NCBI GenBank assembly: GCA_904063045.1
Contig: CAJFCJ010000006.1
Span: 4,728,408 to 4,792,407 of the forward strand
Reading direction: 5' to 3'
Source of the DNA: Dimorphilus gyrociliatus
Taxonomy: Eukaryota > Animalia > Annelida
Length of the DNA stretch: 64,000 bases
Shown here: piece after piece, positions 57,811-64,000 of the stretch
Numbering within the stretch: the stretch's first letter is position 1
Layout: the number at the start of each line of letters is the position of its first letter
The notes under the pieces: model-generated
Databases searched by the model: none
The model's input: only the letters and a program-made list of their open reading frames with translations
What the model was told of the DNA's origin: nothing
Made by a program: the position numbers and the translations under genes

Positions 57811-59434
57811 ATGAAAATCAGCAACTGTTTTAGAGGACTTATCGAAATGTCAGTCTCCGTGATGACTACAAGAGATTTGGGTGAAAAACTGACGGAAACG
57901 CAAGATGACGGCGTTCTGATAATCGATACGCGTCCTCCCATGATTTTTAACGCCTCCCATATTAAACAGGCGCATAATGTTCACTGGCCACCCATTGTGA
58001 AACGACGCTCGGGTAATCATATGAATTTGGAAAACATCATACGCTGTCCACATACAAGGGCCAAGCTAGCTGCGGGACTCTTTCATACTATTGTCGCTTA
58101 TGACGAACGTTCTATCAGTCTATCATCAGTTCCGAAAGACGCCAACCTGATTCTAGTCTTACAAAGCTTGGAAAAACAGGCAACGAAAGTGAAGAATCTA
58201 CGCTTTCTAGAAGGTAAATTAAAGCCGAAACGTGTACATAACGTACTATAGAGCGACAGCTGTTGGGAAAGTTATACCTTTAGTAAATTTGTAGGCCTAT
58301 TAAGCGTACATAGTCTGTTTCTATCTAAATATAACTAAGACTCTATTATTATATCTTTTTTATTTACAGGTGGCTTCGAGCAATTCCGTTACGAACACCT
58401 GCACTTGTGCACGTCTGCTTCCTCTTCCCTGCCAAGCGATGATGTTAATCTGGCATCTATTTCCGGACACGGCTATTTAAGCGTTCCAGCGTCTTTACCG
58501 AATAAACAACATCACCCAATACTTGATCAGGGAGATCCAGTACAATTACTACCATGGCTTTATCTTGGTTCAGCCTGGCACTCACGACAATTATCAATAT
58601 TGTCAAGATTGGAAGTCACCGCCCTGTTAAATGTCAGTTCAAATGAGCCTACTCCTCCACCTCCTTTCGCTGTCAAAAGTAAAAGAATTCCAGTTGATGA
58701 TACCTGTACAAGCGACATAAGTTGCTGGTTCGCGGACGCAGTCAAGTTCATTGGTCGGTATTTAGGCTAATTTATTATTCTTATTCATACGCAACAGTAT
58801 TGATTTGTAACAAGAGCTTTCAGCTGAGGGAAGGGAACTTTTTATGATTAGCTATTCTATAAGGGACATGTCCCGATCAGTCTGTAGGCGTTAAAGGAAA
58901 AATTTACGCCCACGTACAATCGATAAGCCGCGTGGGCGTTTTTAGAGAAGCGTCACAACCCATAGGCCTATGAACTTGTTTATTATTCTTTTTATCTTCA
59001 AAACAGACCGTGTTCACTCAGAAGGAGGAAAAGTACTAGTTCACTGCTTAGCGGGTATTAGCAGATCAGCTACAATATGTTTAGCCTACTTGATGAAACA
59101 GAGAAAATACACTTTAGATCAGGCATTCGACTACTTGAAAGCTAGAAGAGAGATAATATCACCGAATCTGAATTTTATGCGACAACTACAAGAATACGAA
59201 ACAGCTTTGAAAAGGGAACCGTCAACGCCCTTAGCGTCTCCACCTTCTTCCGCTCCAGTTGGCTCCCACAGCGCTCCGAATACGCCAAGGGCCAAAAGAC
59301 GAGCACTATCCCTTCAATTAACACCCTGTACTCAGCAAGCGGCCTTCGTTTTCGACATTCCGTCGATATCATCATCGAACTCGCCGTCCGGTAGTTTCAC
59401 GCATTCGCCAACCCTAGTCGAATCGCCCTCGTGA
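57811..59434 (+). CDS. DUSP1: Dual-specificity MAP kinase phosphatase, DUSP1/2/4/5 (nuclear inducible MKP) type
   Basis: Exons 57811 (or 57847)-58213, 58370-58753 and 59007-59434. Rhodanese/CH2 domain with KIM IVKRR, catalytic domain PVQLLPWLYLGS and VHCLAGISRSATICLAYLM, and a Ser/Pro-rich tail ending SPS. Orthology within DUSP1/2/4/5 is not resolved. Confidence 0.93.
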
Positions 59435-59568
59435 CTACTTGCACAAACTTTTTCTCTAAAAAAAATGCAATACGCGTAGAATGCTTTTGTACGTCTTGTG
59501 TTTGCACAATTCGACAAACAATTTTTAGAAACAGTTGTAGTAAATAAAAGTTTCCCGTCTCTTTAAGT

Positions 59569-60050
59569 TTAAAATGACAAGCCAATTAAGAAGCCACCGA
59601 TGAATGAACCAGTAAAAGCAACGTTCCGGCGAAGGATACTCATCAATTTTGCCATCACTGGCTGAACAGCTTCTCGTTTATCAACATCTTGACGAAGTTT
59701 TCTCATCGACTTTTCTATTTTTTTCCAATCAATATTTATATATCCTTGTTGATTAGCGAAATGGATAACTATCAAGCTACCTCCGACTAATGCTAATACT
59801 GCTCTGGATACTTTAGCCATGGCAAGTCCGCTGACACATCCAGAAGCACCTAGAATATTAAATTGTTTAGAATAAAATATTATTGTTAAACTAAAAATAA
59901 ACCTCCAATTGCCATTTGCTTTGAGGGAGATGCTGTTGCTAGTTCTTTCCAAACTTTATTAACTACACTATTAACAGCCTGATTATCGGTTACATCAAGG
60001 ATTTCGTAATCTTCATCATTCTGATCATTTCTAGGCTCAGGCATGTTCAT
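59569..60050 (-). CDS. FUNDC1: FUN14 domain-containing mitophagy receptor
   Basis: Exons 60050-59903 and 59849-59569. LIR motif DEDYEILDV, QMAIGGASG, GYINIDWKKIEK, and FTGSFIGGFLIGLSF*. Confidence 0.94.
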
Positions 60051-60176
60051 TAGCTTCTAATTTCCGAACACTTTTGTGAAAAATAGTGGAAGACACTTTC
60101 GCTTAATCGGAATTGCCAAAAGTGATTAAATTTATGTATACCGATTTTCAACGACTACCTTCAAATTTGACATAAA

Positions 60177-60208
60177 GCGGAAGTTTATTAAATTTGTGCG
60201 CATGCGCA
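60177..60208. promoter_or_regulatory. ETS and NRF1 sites in the FUNDC1/KDM6A bidirectional promoter
   Basis: gcggaagt (60177-84) and the perfect palindrome tgcgcatgcgca (60197-60208). Confidence 0.65.
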
Positions 60209-60500
60209 GTCTCTTTTCGGATCTAAAAAATCGACGGGGATAAATAAATACTCAATTTTCCCGACGGAAAATTTACCGCTAAAATTATTTCATCCGAATT
60301 TAGATCTTGAATACTGATCAACAATCGTGGATATCACTTGTTTCTATAATAATTACTTGCGTATACTAGGATTATAAGAAACTAAAGCAGTTGATCCCTG
60401 CCGATTACTGACGAATTAAAGGATCCTTACAAATTTCGGAAAAAAATCCATCCAATAAAAACCAAAATTTTGACGAAAATACTAGACATTCCATGTCGAC

Positions 60501-63500
60501 ATGTCGTCAGAAGACGCTGTTTCCCAAGATATAACCATTCCACCGGCTGAAAATTCAGAGAATGAGGAACAAAAGCAACAAACGAACACCGAAGAATTCA
60601 CAATCGACGAGAAAGTGAAAATCATACAACTTGACAGGTAACCCTGATCGGTTTAGTAACGTAGCATTTAAGATGTATTGTATATTATTACAGTCGAGAT
60701 TTTGGATTTATTAACTTTGATAACAACACTACACAAAAAGAAGCCCTAAAAAAGGTATATATGTTGCATAAAAAAGCATTTTCTTAAACAACCTACTTAC
60801 GATATTTCCATAGGCTGTTAGTGGTTTAGAAAAAATTTTAGCCAGACAATGTAAAGCTGCGAATGATAGCACGGATACATGTATTATCCAACCGAAAATA
60901 TACAGAATATTGGGTCATCTAAACCTTCTTCTCGATAACTATCACAAGGGTATAAATTCTCGAGTTTTTATACCTATCTAAACGTACTCATGTTCATATT
61001 CCTCTCTTTTTTAGCACTATCAGCCTATCAAAAATGCTTTCAGCTACATAAAACGTATTGGAAGGTAATACAATTTTTTTTTATTTATTCTTTTTATCCT
61101 CTATGATTAAACAAAGAAATTTGAGGCTAAATGACATTTTTCAAGATATATTTTCATAATAAGTATCCTGAATATCGCATACTTCACATTCTTTCATATA
61201 TACATAAGTAATTATATGTATATTAATATAAAATATAAATACAAACAAAATAAACAAAACAACTCAATTCTATTATGAATTGTATGAGACACGTTGCTGT
61301 TTGTTTAAGCATATATATTAACATCAAAACGATTTACGCTAAAACTCTCTAATACTATATATAGACGATATTCAGCATAAATACATATTTTATATAAAAC
61401 ACGTATATAAATATTTATAAATTTTTATCCTTTCTCTTAATAGGATGCTCCACTGTTGTATGGCTTAGGAATCGTTTATTTTCACTTTAACGCTTATCAA
61501 TGGTATGTATAAATACTTTTGAATATTTTTCAATGTTATTATTCTTTGCTTATTACGGGGTAAAAATGTTTTATTGCTAAAAACAAAGAAAATCGTGTTC
61601 AATTGTAATTAATTAACAGTATCTTCTAAAATATCATTTTTCCAATATTATTTTTATTTATAGTTGTAAAACTAATGATAAATTCTAAATAATCTTTCTA
61701 TCTTTGTGTGTGTGAGTTTCTTTGTTTTTTTTCTTCTCTCTGTATTATTTACATTCTACGTTGATAGATAATATTTCGGCTATAGAAAAAATATTTAAGC
61801 CTACTACTTTCCCACGAAATTTTTAAGTCATTAAGAGTTAGAAATAGTTGTGGTTAAGCCTACGTTGTGAGAAAGCTACAGAATTCATTCAGCTCTCGTT
61901 ACCAAGGTTATTATCGAGATATAATCGACGTGTGTACCGTAGTGGCGCTTCAGTTGTAGTGTGAAGACCCTATGAAAGAGGAAAGTTGTAGTAAGTTGTA
62001 AAATCGACTAGTAATAACGTATAAAAGTAGGATTTTACATAACCGATTAACAGTTTATAAAGCGAATAGAGAAATTAGACGCCATATGTGAGGTACGTAA
62101 ATGTGCTCGCTTAGTGTAAGAATTGTTTGCATCTACATAAAGGAATAATTGGACGGTCGGACGCCTTAAAATACCATTCGAAAATTCGTTAACAGAATGC
62201 AAATCGGTACGCGGGTATGATTGTTAACGCTTCGAAGAAATTCGATCGATAAACAGGTTTTCTTTTGTTGTTATTGTTGTTTTCGGGGTGGGGGTGGGGA
62301 GGAGTGAGAGTGAGACTGATTCGTTTTGCTTGGCCATTGGTCAAATGGCTAAAAATACCATCAATTCAAATCTGGCCCCGTTTTCCTAACCCTCTTCATG
62401 ACGTCATTTGAATCGATACGCAGGTGTGGAGAGATTCTCCTTCCTTTCCAGCTATTTGCCTATCCGGTAAATAGATTTTTTAAAGAATTCGCCGATTTTG
62501 ACCTCATTTTTTCGGGGGAGGGCGGCGTCTAAACGCATGATTGCGCGCCTTCTATGCGCACCTGTCCCTCCGCCCGCACCACGTGCTTCTAGGAACACAA
62601 AGCTGCCCCGCTACACACAAAGACGCCAGACGCCAACGACGCTTCGTATTTAGTTGGGATTCTTACTTTCGTCCCATTTTTTATCTATGTAAATTTTTGA
62701 GATACCAAACATTTTTTGGTTTCAATACCTAAAAGCAACAGGCCCTAGATTTTTATTGGATAGTTTGCCGCCAAAGAGGAAGTAAAGCAAAAGTATGTAT
62801 GGAAAGAATGTTGTTGTTTACGCGCTGTACTGCCGCCATTACTGTTGTTGGGGGAAGTTAGGATTTTATAGCCCCCGCCTATTTTTTACCGTTTTTTCTC
62901 GTTTTCAAGTGCTTATCAAGTGAAGTGTATTGTAAACTATTGGCCTGCTTGTATACAACACTTTCACTTTTAGCAATTGCCTAAATAGCTATACCGTTAT
63001 TAAAGCAACCCTTTTGTATTTTGTTTTTTAAATTCGATTTTCAAAGGTTACTCTGATTTATGACCCCATTTTATTATGGTTGTTAGTGTGACAAGCTACG
63101 TCTAATACAGCCAATATTGTCTTTCAGGGCTACCAAAGCTTTCCAGCAAGTTTTATACATCGACCCATCTTTTTCAAGGGCAAACGAAGTTCATATCAGA
63201 TTGGGATTAATTCTTAAATTGCAGTGTGATTTTGATACTGCTCTGAAGCATCTTCGATTAGCTCTAGCTGATACAGCTGAATGTTCATTGTCTAAGCACG
63301 AACTCAGATTTCATATAGCTCATACATACGAACTTCAAGGAAAGTGGAGAGCAGCTAGGGATTCATACGAGGCCGTCATTGCTGGTGGTAACGACGTTCC
63401 TCACAACGTCATCGCCAACGCATACCGGCAATTGGGTTGGATGTACCATTGTGTTGAGGCAATAGGTGATCGACAATCGAGAGACGAAACAGCTATAAAG

Positions 63501-64000
63501 TGTCTTCAAAACGCTATTAACTCGAACGGATCTTGTGGACAGAGTTGGTACCTACTAGGAAGGTGCTACTCCTCTGCCGGCAAGGTACATGATGCGTTCA
63601 TGTCCTACAGGCAATCAATCGATAAATCGGAGGCGTCGGCCGATACATGGTGCTCAATCGGCGTTCTCTATCAACAACAATCCCAGCCAATGGATGCTTT
63701 GCAAGCATATATATGTGCAGTGCAACTAGATAAAACTCACACGGCTGCTTGGGTTGATTTGGGAATACTTTACGAAAGTTGCCATCAACCAAGAGATGCT
63801 TTAACCTGTTACCTAAATGCTACTCAACATGGAAATGCTTCAGTTAATCCTAATTTACAGGCACGGATAAAATTACTTGAAACACAATTGTCCAAAGTGC
63901 CTCTGCACACCTTACATAGAAATAATAAACCATTACCGGGAATTGAGGAGGCCTGGTCACTACCAATACCAGCTGAACTAACATCTAGACAGGGAGCAGC
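60501..64000 (+). CDS. KDM6A: Lysine demethylase 6A/UTX, N-terminal TPR region (runs off the window)
   Basis: Exons from ATG 60501 give [115 protein letters not shown] and [20 protein letters not shown]. The last exon (63128 onward) is missing from the supplied ORF track. Confidence 0.97.

Overview
Eukaryotic, AT-rich, gene-dense animal DNA with many short (about 50-65 nt) GT-AG introns. It fits a compact-genome lophotrochozoan; a miniature annelid such as Dimorphilus is a guess, not verified. No prokaryotic features, CRISPR arrays, rRNA or tRNA were seen. Fifteen protein-coding genes can be built by hand. In order: the 3' part of a multi-VWA/VWD/EGF type-I membrane protein (+), mitochondrial ClpX (+), a GH3-domain protein (-), an 8-Cys insulin-like peptide (-), a GPC1/GPCAT-like acyltransferase (+), an HR96/NR1J-type nuclear receptor (+), a Cys-rich EB/EGF-like probably GPI-anchored protein (-), complexin (-), Nkx6 (-), UNC80 (-, about 19 kb), a mitochondrial rhodanese lacking the catalytic Cys (+), ERGIC1 (-), a DUSP1/4/5-type MKP (+), FUNDC1 (-) and the 5' TPR half of KDM6A/UTX (+). 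A roughly 6.5 kb gene-free stretch (18.7-25.2 kb) holds decayed coding-like fragments, one weakly gag-like. The best leads are: two head-to-head gene pairs (ERGIC1-DUSP and FUNDC1-KDM6A) that I recall being neighbours in the same orientation in human; a GH3 frame with no usable AUG right behind the insulin gene; a second complexin C-terminal exon; UNC80 microexons; and a pseudo-rhodanese. I found no evidence of a wholly new multi-gene system.
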